Below are positions 9,415-17,824 of a stretch of 27,216 bases of DNA, piece by piece. Position 1 is the first letter of the stretch. Every line of letters begins with the position of its first letter. Origin of the DNA: an uncultured archaeon (GTDB lineage Archaea; Asgardarchaeota; Hermodarchaeia; Hermodarchaeales; Hermodarchaeaceae); assembly GCA_964347045.1 (NCBI GenBank), contig CAYFXC010000005.1:1-27216 (forward strand), written 5' to 3'. The translations under genes and the position numbers were made by a program. A model generated the notes under the pieces. The model was given only the letters and a program-made list of their open reading frames with translations, was not told where the DNA came from and ran no database searches.

Positions 9415-10494
9415 CTACCGATCAGAATCAGGTGCCCAATAGTCAAGACTCCAATAGATTGTGGGAACATCAGCAAGTGCACAATTTCTTAGGAGAAAAG
9501 GAAGAATAGGTAGATTGCGAAAGGAAGGTGTGCTAATCTTTACGCGGCTTGGTTTATTGCTGCCATCGCCTTGTATATAATATCCAAGCTCACCTCGTGC
9601 CGCCTCGACGCGTGAATAGCTATATCCTGACGGAACACGTGTTGGAACTTTTACTTGAATTTCACCTGAGGGGAGATAATCAACAGCTTGTTTTAATAAA
9701 AGACAACTAGTTCGCATCTCTTCTAGGCGCACCATTGCTCGAGAATAACTATCGCCTTCGTCAAAGACTGCGGGTTCGAAATCTAAATCGGGATAAGCTG
9801 CATAAGGTTCAATCTTACGAATATCATAGTTGGCACCTGAAGCTCTAAGAACAGGTCCTGTTGCACCCAGCTGAATTGCATCATTTCTGTTCAGAATTCC
9901 TATTTCTTTAGTGCGCTGCTTGAAAATTGGATTCTTGAAAAAAATTCTTTCATAATCTTGAAGGCGTTTCAGAAAATTGTGAATTATCTTATTTAATCGA
10001 CTAGAGAATTTTTCGGGAAGAGAATGACGGACTCCGCCAGATAGAATATCAGAGTAAGTCATTCGGGCTCCGCTTATTTCTTCTGCTAACTGGATGAATA
10101 ATTCCCGATCACCAAAGGGCCACATAAACATTGTTGAATGACCCAAGAAGATCCCGTAGATGGCAATCCAGTATAAATGGCTCATTATTCGATTCATCTC
10201 AGCAAATATCACGCGAATATACTGTGCACTCGGAGGGGGGGTAATATTCAGTAGCTTCTCAATTGCCAGAACAAAGCCTAGGCTCGCTGCACTAGTATCT
10301 GGCAAGCAAACTCTTTCTACAAGAGGAATATTCTGAACAAAATCCTTACTTTCACATAACTTCTCAGTGCCTCTATGAACATAGCCAGGGTCTGGTATTA
10401 TTTCGCGCACAATATCTCCGGATAATCTCACTCTCATTCTAAAGTGTCCAGTTCCAGGATGTTGGGGTCCCGCACTGAAAAATATCTCAGACAT
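9415..10494 (-). CDS. nuoD: Complex I-like subunit D (49 kDa family; not a [NiFe] large subunit)
   Basis: GPQHPGTGH, GYVHRGTEK, EMNRIMSHL, GATGPVLRASG, EAARGELG, C-terminal SLDYWAPDSDR. Both NiFe CxxC pairs are absent. Confidence 0.92.
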   Translation of the reverse strand: MSEIFFSAGPQHPGTGHFRMRVRLSGDIVREIIPDPGYVHRGTEKLCESKDFVQNIPLVERVCLPDTSAASLGFVLAIEKLLNITPPPSAQYIRVIFAEMNRIMSHLYWIAIYGIFLGHSTMFMWPFGDRELFIQLAEEISGARMTYSDILSGGVRHSLPEKFSSRLNKIIHNFLKRLQDYERIFFKNPIFKQRTKEIGILNRNDAIQLGATGPVLRASGANYDIRKIEPYAAYPDLDFEPAVFDEGDSYSRAMVRLEEMRTSCLLLKQAVDYLPSGEIQVKVPTRVPSGYSYSRVEAARGELGYYIQGDGSNKPSRVKISTPSFRNLPILPFLLRNCALADVPTIYWSLDYWAPDSDR

Positions 10495-10500
10495 TTGTGT

Positions 10501-10962
10501 TCACTCATTAGACGTTCGAAAATCTTTTCGTAATGGGTAACCTTGATCCCAGGATTCGGGAAGTAGTAGGCGTTCTAGTTTAGGATGGCCTTCGAATTCC
10601 ACACCAAACATCTCCCAGCTTTCACGTTCATGCCACTCAACACTTGGATAAACGTGAATGAGGGTTGGAATTCTAGGTGTGTTTCTGTCAATGAAAACCC
10701 GAATTGTGAGGATTATTCCTTTCAACTGGGATTGTTCGACTGAACAAAGATGATAGTTCACGCTGAATTGATTCTGTTCTATTAGATCTATCACAGAAAC
10801 TGAAATCGCATGATCAAATCCAAGGATTTCCTTAACATATTTAGCAAAAGTAATTAGAAGTGTGTGAGGGATAATGATAGTCATTTCCTTCTTGCCTGAG
10901 GAAACCACCTCCAAACCATCGATCTCAAATTTTTTTTCAAGCTTTGATGAGATGTCAACCAA
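10501..10962 (-). CDS. nuoC: Complex I-like subunit C
   Basis: [41 protein letters not shown]. Probable start is the TTG at 10962 after a GGTGA RBS (track start 11016). Confidence 0.92.
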   Translation of the reverse strand: [153 protein letters not shown]

Positions 10963-11055
10963 CGTTATCACCACTTTGAATATAGCCAATCCACGATGTA
11001 ACAAAATATTCAACAATTAATTCTTGGATTATCGAGGAATACATGATTAATCATC

Positions 11056-11310
11056 TCAACTAGAATTCCTCATCCAGCCCATTGCTGATTGCACAAAAAC
11101 GCATATTTCTGTAAAATGGAGAAATGGCATTCGGTAGAAGTTTTGATTAATGCTTCTTCTTTTGACAAAGTCCTTAGATTTTATAATTGGAGGATGGTTT
11201 GACGTTTCAGATGAACTACGTCCTAAGGATTTTGAAATACCAAAAATAGATCGATCATTTCCCGTTCGTAAATCAGATTTTTTAATCCGTTCGCTATTTG
11301 TTAAGTTCAT
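11056..11310 (-). CDS. Hypothetical 84-aa protein between nuoB and nuoC (may be non-coding)
   Basis: The ATG lies 7 nt after the nuoB stop, on the operon strand, filling an otherwise unexplained ~350 bp gap. No recognisable motif. Confidence 0.3.
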   Translation of the reverse strand: MNLTNSERIKKSDLRTGNDRSIFGISKSLGRSSSETSNHPPIIKSKDFVKRRSINQNFYRMPFLHFTEICVFVQSAMGWMRNSS

Positions 11311-11317
11311 ATCAAAA

Positions 11318-11863
11318 TCACCCTATTATTCCTTGAGCTTCTTGTACACTTCTCGAACTCGCCTTTGATTTTCTAATTTTATCTTGAAGAAGAAGAATGG
11401 CGTCAATCAACATCTCCGGTCTCGGAGGGCATCCGGGTACATAAACATCGACCGGGAGAATTTGATCAACTCCGTGAACTATATTGTAGGACCCTCGAAA
11501 AATACCTCCAGAGATGGCACAAGCTCCCATTGCAATAACATAGCTAGGTGATGCCATCTGATGATGAACTCGGATAACTCGTTCAGCCATTTTGTTTGAT
11601 ACAGTTCCTTCAATTATGAGCAAATCGCATTGTCTTAGCGATCCAAGTGGCATTACACCCATACGTTCTGCGTCGAAACCAGGACCCATGGTTGCGCCGA
11701 ATTCAACGCTGCAACAAGCTGTTGTCAAGTGTACGGGCCAAAGCGAGTAGAGCCGTGACCAATTCACGACATAGCTGATTACTCCCAAATCTATTATTCG
11801 TGCAATGGCGCTTCGTAGTTTACCTATGAAGGCACGTCCAATCGAGCTCAGCGCTAATACCAC
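11318..11863 (-). CDS. nuoB: Complex I-like subunit B (N2 cluster)
   Basis: TACCSVE tandem cysteines, RQCDLLIIEGT, VIAMGACAISGG, PVDVYVPGCPPRPE. Confidence 0.95.
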   Translation of the reverse strand: MVLALSSIGRAFIGKLRSAIARIIDLGVISYVVNWSRLYSLWPVHLTTACCSVEFGATMGPGFDAERMGVMPLGSLRQCDLLIIEGTVSNKMAERVIRVHHQMASPSYVIAMGACAISGGIFRGSYNIVHGVDQILPVDVYVPGCPPRPEMLIDAILLLQDKIRKSKASSRSVQEAQGIIG

Positions 11864-12222
11864 CTTCTTTTCTTTGAAGCCAAGTTGATTGCAATTGCTA
11901 GCGGAGGCAAAATAGTAAGGAGAAAAGCAACTACTATTACGTGTAAATTAAAACCCAATGTAGCTGAGGCTGTTGCCCATGCAAAAAGGAACATAGACGT
12001 CACATCAAAAACCAAGAATAGTAGGAGGTAGGGATAATAGTGGAAAACAAATTGGTTTCTGCCTGCTCCACTGGGCTCTTCTCCACATTCAAAACTTACG
12101 CCTTTATCCTTGTGCGGGCTTCGAGGACTAACCAGCTTTGAGATGATGATGCTTAAAACAAACGAACTTGATACTACTGATTGAAAGAGCAGGATAATGC
12201 CAAAGTCTTCAAATGCCGTCAA
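11854..12222 (-). CDS. nuoA: Complex I-like subunit A
   Basis: FECGEEP loop, YYPYLLLFLVFDV, three TM segments. TTG start preceded by AGGAGGT. Confidence 0.93.
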   Translation of the reverse strand: MTAFEDFGIILLFQSVVSSSFVLSIIISKLVSPRSPHKDKGVSFECGEEPSGAGRNQFVFHYYPYLLLFLVFDVTSMFLFAWATASATLGFNLHVIVVAFLLTILPPLAIAINLASKKRRWY

Positions 12223-12775
12223 AGAGACCTCCTTGATATTTTATATCTTTGAAAAGCGAGAAACTTGCCACATTCTTTTGATCATAACTATCGATTCGCT
12301 CAAAGTATGGTCAAATCATCTGCTAAAAACAGTATAGTGTTTAAAATAGAATAAAATGAACAAAATATTATTTGTCTAGAGAAAAGTCTTTGAGGCATTG
12401 TTCATGGCCGTAGATTCTTAAAGAGATACTCAATTTAGGTGTGGCAACTAGGATATACAAATGCGTGTTTCTGTCATCACTACAATGAACATCCAATTAG
12501 TTCTTTTCTTGATAAAATTTCTCGAAAATTTATACCATAGGTTCACGCCATTGTAAGAACTCGAACAACGCTATTATTTAGAAAAAAGTGGTTCACTGGA
12601 ATGACTCCTTAGATAGCCTTTCTTTGAGGATGTACACAGGAATCTCTGTTGAGTAGAAATTAAATTTCCACAAATTATTACCATCTGCTTTTTTAAAAAC
12701 AAGTTTTTGTACAAGCTCTTTCTTTATCTGGGGCGAAGGGTGTCAAAATACTCTTCAAAATCAATTAAAAACGAA
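12223..12775. promoter_or_regulatory. AT-rich divergent promoter region between the nuo operon and the GGR-prenyl synthase-menA cluster
   Basis: Head-to-head gene arrangement. Imperfect palindromes ATAAAATTTC-TC-GAAAATTTAT (12512-12533) and ACAAA-ATATTA-TTTGT (12360-12375). Confidence 0.5.
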
Positions 12776-13990
12776 ATGAACTTCATGGCTAAACCATTAT
12801 ATGATGTTGCAGTTGTTGGTGCTGGACCTGCTGGTTGCGTTGCTGCTCGCGTTGCCGCAAAATCTGGATTAGATACAATCATATTTGATAGTCGAAAGCA
12901 GATTGGCATTCCCGTTCAATGCGGCGAATACTTACCCACACCCGAAGAGATGCGTAATTTACTTCCAAGTTCCCCACGAGTTAGTAGGCTTGTCGATGTT
13001 CCCAAAGACGTGATAACAAATCGAAGTTCACGTCTTTTGCTCGTGTCTCCATTCAACAATAAATTTGAATTCAGTCTAATTTCTAATATTATTGATCGTG
13101 CCAAGTTTGATCAATATCTCGCACAGCAAGCTGAAAATGCAGGAGCTCAAATTCAATTAAAAACCACAGTCTTAAATCGTACTAATTCGAACCAACTTAT
13201 TATTCGAGATAAGACTGGACGACGGAAAATCTCAGCCAAAGTCGTAATTGGGGCTGATGGTGTTCAATCTCGGATTGCTCGTTCGATTGGGTTGCATTAC
13301 GAAAATAGAACTCGTGATTTGTCACCTTGTATACAATATGTTATGACTTCTATCGATTGTGACCCAGAGACCACTGAAATGTATTTTGGCAATCAGATCG
13401 CTCCTGGTGGGTATGCCTGGGTTATTCCAAAAAATGAGGAGACCGTAAACATCGGACTTGGGTTTCGTGGAATATATTCAAAGCATTCTGAAACTGCAAT
13501 CTCCTATTTGCGACGGTTCATTCATTCGCATCCCTCTGTTGCTCATAGGATGAAAAAAGGGAAGATTATTCGTAAAACTGGAGCGTTAGTGCCAGTAGGA
13601 GGGCCAAGGGCTAGAACCTATTCTGATTCGGTGCTTCTGATTGGTGATGCTGCAGGGCATGTTATGGCATCCAATGGAGGTGGTGTACCAACTGCTCTTG
13701 GGGGAGGAGAAATAGCTGGAATTGCTACTGTCCAGCACCTTCAAGATGGTAGTTCATTGAGCTGGTATGAAAGAACTTGGAAGAAAGAATTCGGGAAAGA
13801 GCTTATCTCAGCCTTAGATATCCTCCGGATTGCAGATGTTATTATGGCTTCTGATAGTCTCACCGATCAATGTATGCGACTTGCTGGCCCTCGTTATCTT
13901 CGTCATTTAATTAGATGTAGGCTCCCTTTTCCTGTCAAGTTTGCATCAAAAACACTTGTTAGATTTCTTAGACTCCTCTCGCCGATATAG
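12776..13990 (+). CDS. Geranylgeranyl reductase family FAD-dependent oxidoreductase
   Basis: YDVAVVGAGPAG, PVQCGE, IDRAKFD, VIGADG, GYAWVIPK, IGDAAG...NGGG. Start probably the ATG at 12776 or 12785 rather than the TTG at 12707. Confidence 0.9.
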   Translation: MNFMAKPLYDVAVVGAGPAGCVAARVAAKSGLDTIIFDSRKQIGIPVQCGEYLPTPEEMRNLLPSSPRVSRLVDVPKDVITNRSSRLLLVSPFNNKFEFSLISNIIDRAKFDQYLAQQAENAGAQIQLKTTVLNRTNSNQLIIRDKTGRRKISAKVVIGADGVQSRIARSIGLHYENRTRDLSPCIQYVMTSIDCDPETTEMYFGNQIAPGGYAWVIPKNEETVNIGLGFRGIYSKHSETAISYLRRFIHSHPSVAHRMKKGKIIRKTGALVPVGGPRARTYSDSVLLIGDAAGHVMASNGGGVPTALGGGEIAGIATVQHLQDGSSLSWYERTWKKEFGKELISALDILRIADVIMASDSLTDQCMRLAGPRYLRHLIRCRLPFPVKFASKTLVRFLRLLSPI

Positions 13991-14256
13991 TACAAAATTA
14001 GGTTTGGATGTAAGTTTAGGGCTCGGAAATCGCTTATTGCAGCACTTCGATTTGTTGATTTTAGATTTTTCATTTTGTTCAATTAATTATAAATATAATA
14101 GTGATATTATTAAAAGGCGAAATCCGATTGGAAAATGATGACACTTTATTAGGTGGCGTTTTCTCCCTTATGGACAAAAATAGTAAAAAAGTTTCAGCTA
14201 CCTTTTGTACTAGTATATGTATGAAGTGTGAATACTCAACAAAGGAGTCACAGTGA

Positions 14257-15315
14257 ATGGTTAATAACAATTCAACAACCAATACCCCTCATTTGCAGCG
14301 TTCCTCCAATTCAAATTCAACTGCTAAACTTCCTACCGCAGTGACTTCCACGATTTTTAAATCTGAGGATATCCAAGAAAAAATGCTGCTCATAAATGAA
14401 GCACTTCAAGACTTCCTAAAAACACTAACAGGCGAACCCAAAATTTTGTATGAAGCTGCTCGGCATTTAATTTTAGCAGGCGGCAAGCGATTACGGTCTT
14501 TGGTTACTCTTCTTTGTTGCGAAGCTGTTGGTGGTTCTGTCAAAAAAGTTCTACCCATCACCGTCGCAGCTGAATTATTACAAACGGCGAGTCTTATACA
14601 CGATGATATCGTCGATAAAGATGATCTTCGGAGAGGGGTTCAAACCGTCCACAAGAAGTTTGGACTCGACATAGCAATCCTCGCTGGTGATTTACTTATT
14701 GCCCAGGCATTCAAACTCATCGGTGAGCACGGATCTCCCGAACTCATAGCAAATGTGGGTGCAAGCGGCATCCGTATGTGTGAAGGAGAAGTAATTGATC
14801 TCTTCATCACCCCAGAAAATGAAGAATCCTTTACTAAAGAACAGTATTTGAACATGGTTGAACGAAAAACTGTTGCTTTTTTGGAAGAGGCCGCGAGAAC
14901 AGGAGCAATTGTTGGTGAAGCCACACCTGAACAATGCAAGGCACTTACCAAGTATGGTGCCATGATTGGGTATGCTTTTCAACTCCGTGATGATATCCTC
15001 GATATAAAAGCGACAAGACAAATCGTCCAAAAAACCACATTATCTGATTTACGACTGAAACGTGGGAATTATCCTTTGATTTTTGCCCTTGAAGCTTGTT
15101 CTGATGATAAACGGAACGAATGCCTTGAAGCTTTAAATAGCCGTCAATGGAAAAGGGTTCTTGATATAATTTCCGAAACCAATGCTATCCAACAAACCTC
15201 AAAATTAGCCCAAAGCTATAGTAAACGAGCAAAGAGAGCTCTTCAAGGAAATAATTTCGTGAATAAACATGTCCTTGAACAACTGGCTGACTTCACATTA
15301 CAAAGAGAATTCTAA
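14257..15315 (+). CDS. Trans-polyprenyl diphosphate synthase, probably medium/long-chain
   Basis: GGKRLR, FARM ASLIHDDIVDKDDLRRG, RKT, SARM FQLRDDILD. AAGGAG RBS before the ATG. Confidence 0.92.
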   Translation: MVNNNSTTNTPHLQRSSNSNSTAKLPTAVTSTIFKSEDIQEKMLLINEALQDFLKTLTGEPKILYEAARHLILAGGKRLRSLVTLLCCEAVGGSVKKVLPITVAAELLQTASLIHDDIVDKDDLRRGVQTVHKKFGLDIAILAGDLLIAQAFKLIGEHGSPELIANVGASGIRMCEGEVIDLFITPENEESFTKEQYLNMVERKTVAFLEEAARTGAIVGEATPEQCKALTKYGAMIGYAFQLRDDILDIKATRQIVQKTTLSDLRLKRGNYPLIFALEACSDDKRNECLEALNSRQWKRVLDIISETNAIQQTSKLAQSYSKRAKRALQGNNFVNKHVLEQLADFTLQREF

Positions 15316-15338
15316 TTAATAATTTCAATGCTGGTGAA

Positions 15339-16406
15339 TTGGCATTGACTGAAAACCCAAACAAAGATATTAGTAAAGTCCGAGCATGGTTTAATGAACT
15401 TCGTCTTCCATTTGCAACAGCTTCAATTATTCCCATCTTATTAGGCTCCGCAATTGCATGGGCTACAACTGGGATGTTTCTTTGGGATACTTTTTTGCTT
15501 ACACTCATTGGTGGAGTTTGCATCCATTTGGGCGCTAACATTGCCAATGACTATTGGGATTATCGCCAAGGCTCAGATAATATCAACGTCGAATATATTC
15601 GACCTTTTACTGGTGGAAGTCGAATGATCCAACAAGGATTGCTTTCTCCGCGAGAAGTCTTAACAGGTTCAATTATTTTTTTTAGCCTTGGTGCTATTAT
15701 TGGTCTTTATTTAGCATTTACTCGTGGCTTCATAATTTTGGTTATTGGGGTTCTGGGCGTATTTTTAGCATTTTTTTATACAGCACCACCCTTCAAATTT
15801 GTGAGTCGTGGAATCGGAGAAACAGTCATTGGAATCTGTTTTGGGCTACTCCTTACACTAGGTGCTTTTTACACTCTGACTCAAATCATTACTTGGGAAC
15901 CGATTATACTCTCTATCCCCATTGCTCTTTTGGTTGCTGGAATTCTGTATATTAACGAATTTGCAGATTTCAAAGCTGATCGCGATGCGGGCAAACACAC
16001 TTTAGTTGTGCGGTTAGGACGAAAACGAGCATCCTACCTCTATGTTGCCATTTTGGTTTTTGTATATCTAGTCGTCATTCTTGCCATCCTATTTAATATC
16101 ACAAACAATTATACACTAATGGTCTTTTCCACAATTCCATTAAGCCTACTCGGAGCTAGATATGCTCTCAAGTGGTATGATCAACCAATGGCAATGATTC
16201 CTGCCAATGTAGCCACTGTGGTCAATCATTTGGTTACAGGCATTATGCTAACTCTCGCGTATATTTTCTTTGGACTCAGTTTCCTATTTTCCCCTGGTCT
16301 AATCTTGCCCTGGGTTATTTTGACAGGTATCATCTGTTTCATAATTGCAATATACTTTACTCGTCGAGTGCATAAACAAGCACAAGCTATGATGAAGAGT
16401 AATTAA
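15339..16406 (+). CDS. menA: 1,4-dihydroxy-2-naphthoate polyprenyltransferase (MenA/UBIAD1 family)
   Basis: RLPFATASIIPILLG, ANDYWDYRQGSD, FYTAPPF...GIGE, NEFADFKADRDAGKHTLVVRLG. Multi-TM protein. Confidence 0.87.
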   Translation: MALTENPNKDISKVRAWFNELRLPFATASIIPILLGSAIAWATTGMFLWDTFLLTLIGGVCIHLGANIANDYWDYRQGSDNINVEYIRPFTGGSRMIQQGLLSPREVLTGSIIFFSLGAIIGLYLAFTRGFIILVIGVLGVFLAFFYTAPPFKFVSRGIGETVIGICFGLLLTLGAFYTLTQIITWEPIILSIPIALLVAGILYINEFADFKADRDAGKHTLVVRLGRKRASYLYVAILVFVYLVVILAILFNITNNYTLMVFSTIPLSLLGARYALKWYDQPMAMIPANVATVVNHLVTGIMLTLAYIFFGLSFLFSPGLILPWVILTGIICFIIAIYFTRRVHKQAQAMMKSN

Positions 16407-17731
16407 GTGTAAATTGGTTCAATTTGTAAAATTTCACACAAATCAAACAATTCGTCCATTACATCACCGTAGACCATATGCATGTGATTTGAACGTAGGT
16501 GTTGTAAGAAAAGATCAGGATCCCCCTCTAAGGTTACAAATGCATGAGGCCATCGATCACGGGCCTCCTTGAAAATCTCTTTATCTTGAACGAAAACAGT
16601 TCCTTTAGCTATCTGCATCACATATTCGCCACCTACGCGAGCTAGTCGTGCAAGAGTTACTAGTCCTTCTTTACAGCTGAAAGTTGGACAAGCACCTCCT
16701 GCTTTTCCCATATACTCGTATTGTGGGTTCCATTCCACATCCTTTGAAGATGTTGCCATATCGGTGGCAATTGTCCCACAATTTACTAGCCGCAATATAC
16801 CCGTGTTCATGTCTAAATCGTTAACATCAGCAAATAAAACGGGTTGTCCACATAACAAATTTAGTATGCGCATAGTGAATGCTGCGTTCATATCCGCTTC
16901 ACACGACATCATGATGCCTTCATTTATTAACCACGAAATTGGCATACATCCACTTACGTAATTGTCTATGAATTCTGGCTGGCATTTGAACCCACCAAAT
17001 GCATATCCATCTGTTTCCATCATGTCTTTCATTGCAAAATACAATCGAACGCTTTTTTCTAATATTTCATTTGAGACGTTTACTGACCCATAGGTTTTTT
17101 TCGCCCATGCCATTTTCGCCTTTACCTTTTTCATCGGTACCTTCTGTGCATCTAAATACAATCGTAACATATCGACATGTTCGATTTCTGTTCCAAAGAT
17201 GTCTTTCATTTGACTAAAATCAACTGCTGATGTCACCATCCCCATCGTTTTTCCTCCAATAACAACAGCCTTAGTACGGCTTAGACTATCAAAAGTCATA
17301 GCAGCCCGACAGTAGCTTTTGATTGCCGAGAGGACATCTGGTGAATCTGGTTCCCCATAGACAAATCGGTGTAAAAGGTTGAGCTCATCTAAGCTGCCAT
17401 GCGTGATAGCCGCTCCCACAAGACTGAACGCTGCTGGGCTACGATAACCATAAACAATACTCGGTAATCCTGTGGCTTGTACCGCAGAGACCACCATCGG
17501 AGCATAGACCCATGATCCAATATTATAAATGATACACTGGATATGGTCATGCGCCATGTCTTCAGAGACTCGAACTGAGTCTTCCATTGTCAATACGAGT
17601 TCGTTATATGGGGTAACTTCGAGGGGCTGCTCTTTCAAAGCTTTGAGCAGCTCCTGATGAGCTTTCTTCGCGAGATCAGTTCTCTCACGGGCTAAAGAAA
17701 GGGTAATGAGTCCGACTTTTGGCTTTTGCAT
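16403..17731 (-). CDS. L-fucose/L-arabinose isomerase family protein
   Basis: KCQPE, SCEADMNAA, VTLARL, C-terminal SNHMHMVYGD. Its stop overlaps the convergent menA stop (TTAA at 16403-16406). Confidence 0.8.
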   Translation of the reverse strand: MQKPKVGLITLSLARERTDLAKKAHQELLKALKEQPLEVTPYNELVLTMEDSVRVSEDMAHDHIQCIIYNIGSWVYAPMVVSAVQATGLPSIVYGYRSPAAFSLVGAAITHGSLDELNLLHRFVYGEPDSPDVLSAIKSYCRAAMTFDSLSRTKAVVIGGKTMGMVTSAVDFSQMKDIFGTEIEHVDMLRLYLDAQKVPMKKVKAKMAWAKKTYGSVNVSNEILEKSVRLYFAMKDMMETDGYAFGGFKCQPEFIDNYVSGCMPISWLINEGIMMSCEADMNAAFTMRILNLLCGQPVLFADVNDLDMNTGILRLVNCGTIATDMATSSKDVEWNPQYEYMGKAGGACPTFSCKEGLVTLARLARVGGEYVMQIAKGTVFVQDKEIFKEARDRWPHAFVTLEGDPDLFLQHLRSNHMHMVYGDVMDELFDLCEILQIEPIYT

Positions 17732-17780
17732 GATCTTCCCTCAGATGGATTGAGTCTTTGCTACTCGGGAACCCGTTCTG

Positions 17781-17792
17781 ATATAAGCCTTT
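17781..17792 (-). promoter_or_regulatory. Candidate archaeal BRE-TATA promoter for the isomerase gene
   Basis: Minus-strand AAAGGCTTATAT about 50 nt upstream of the ATG at 17731. Confidence 0.45.
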
Positions 17793-17824
17793 CATTCATT
17801 CGGTGGATTACTATTGCAAACTTT

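Noticed and set aside
9415-11863. Group 4 [NiFe]-hydrogenase interpretation of the operon
   Set aside because: The large subunit lacks both CxxC Ni-binding pairs, the small subunit has NuoB-type tandem CC, and nuoA/J/K are present.
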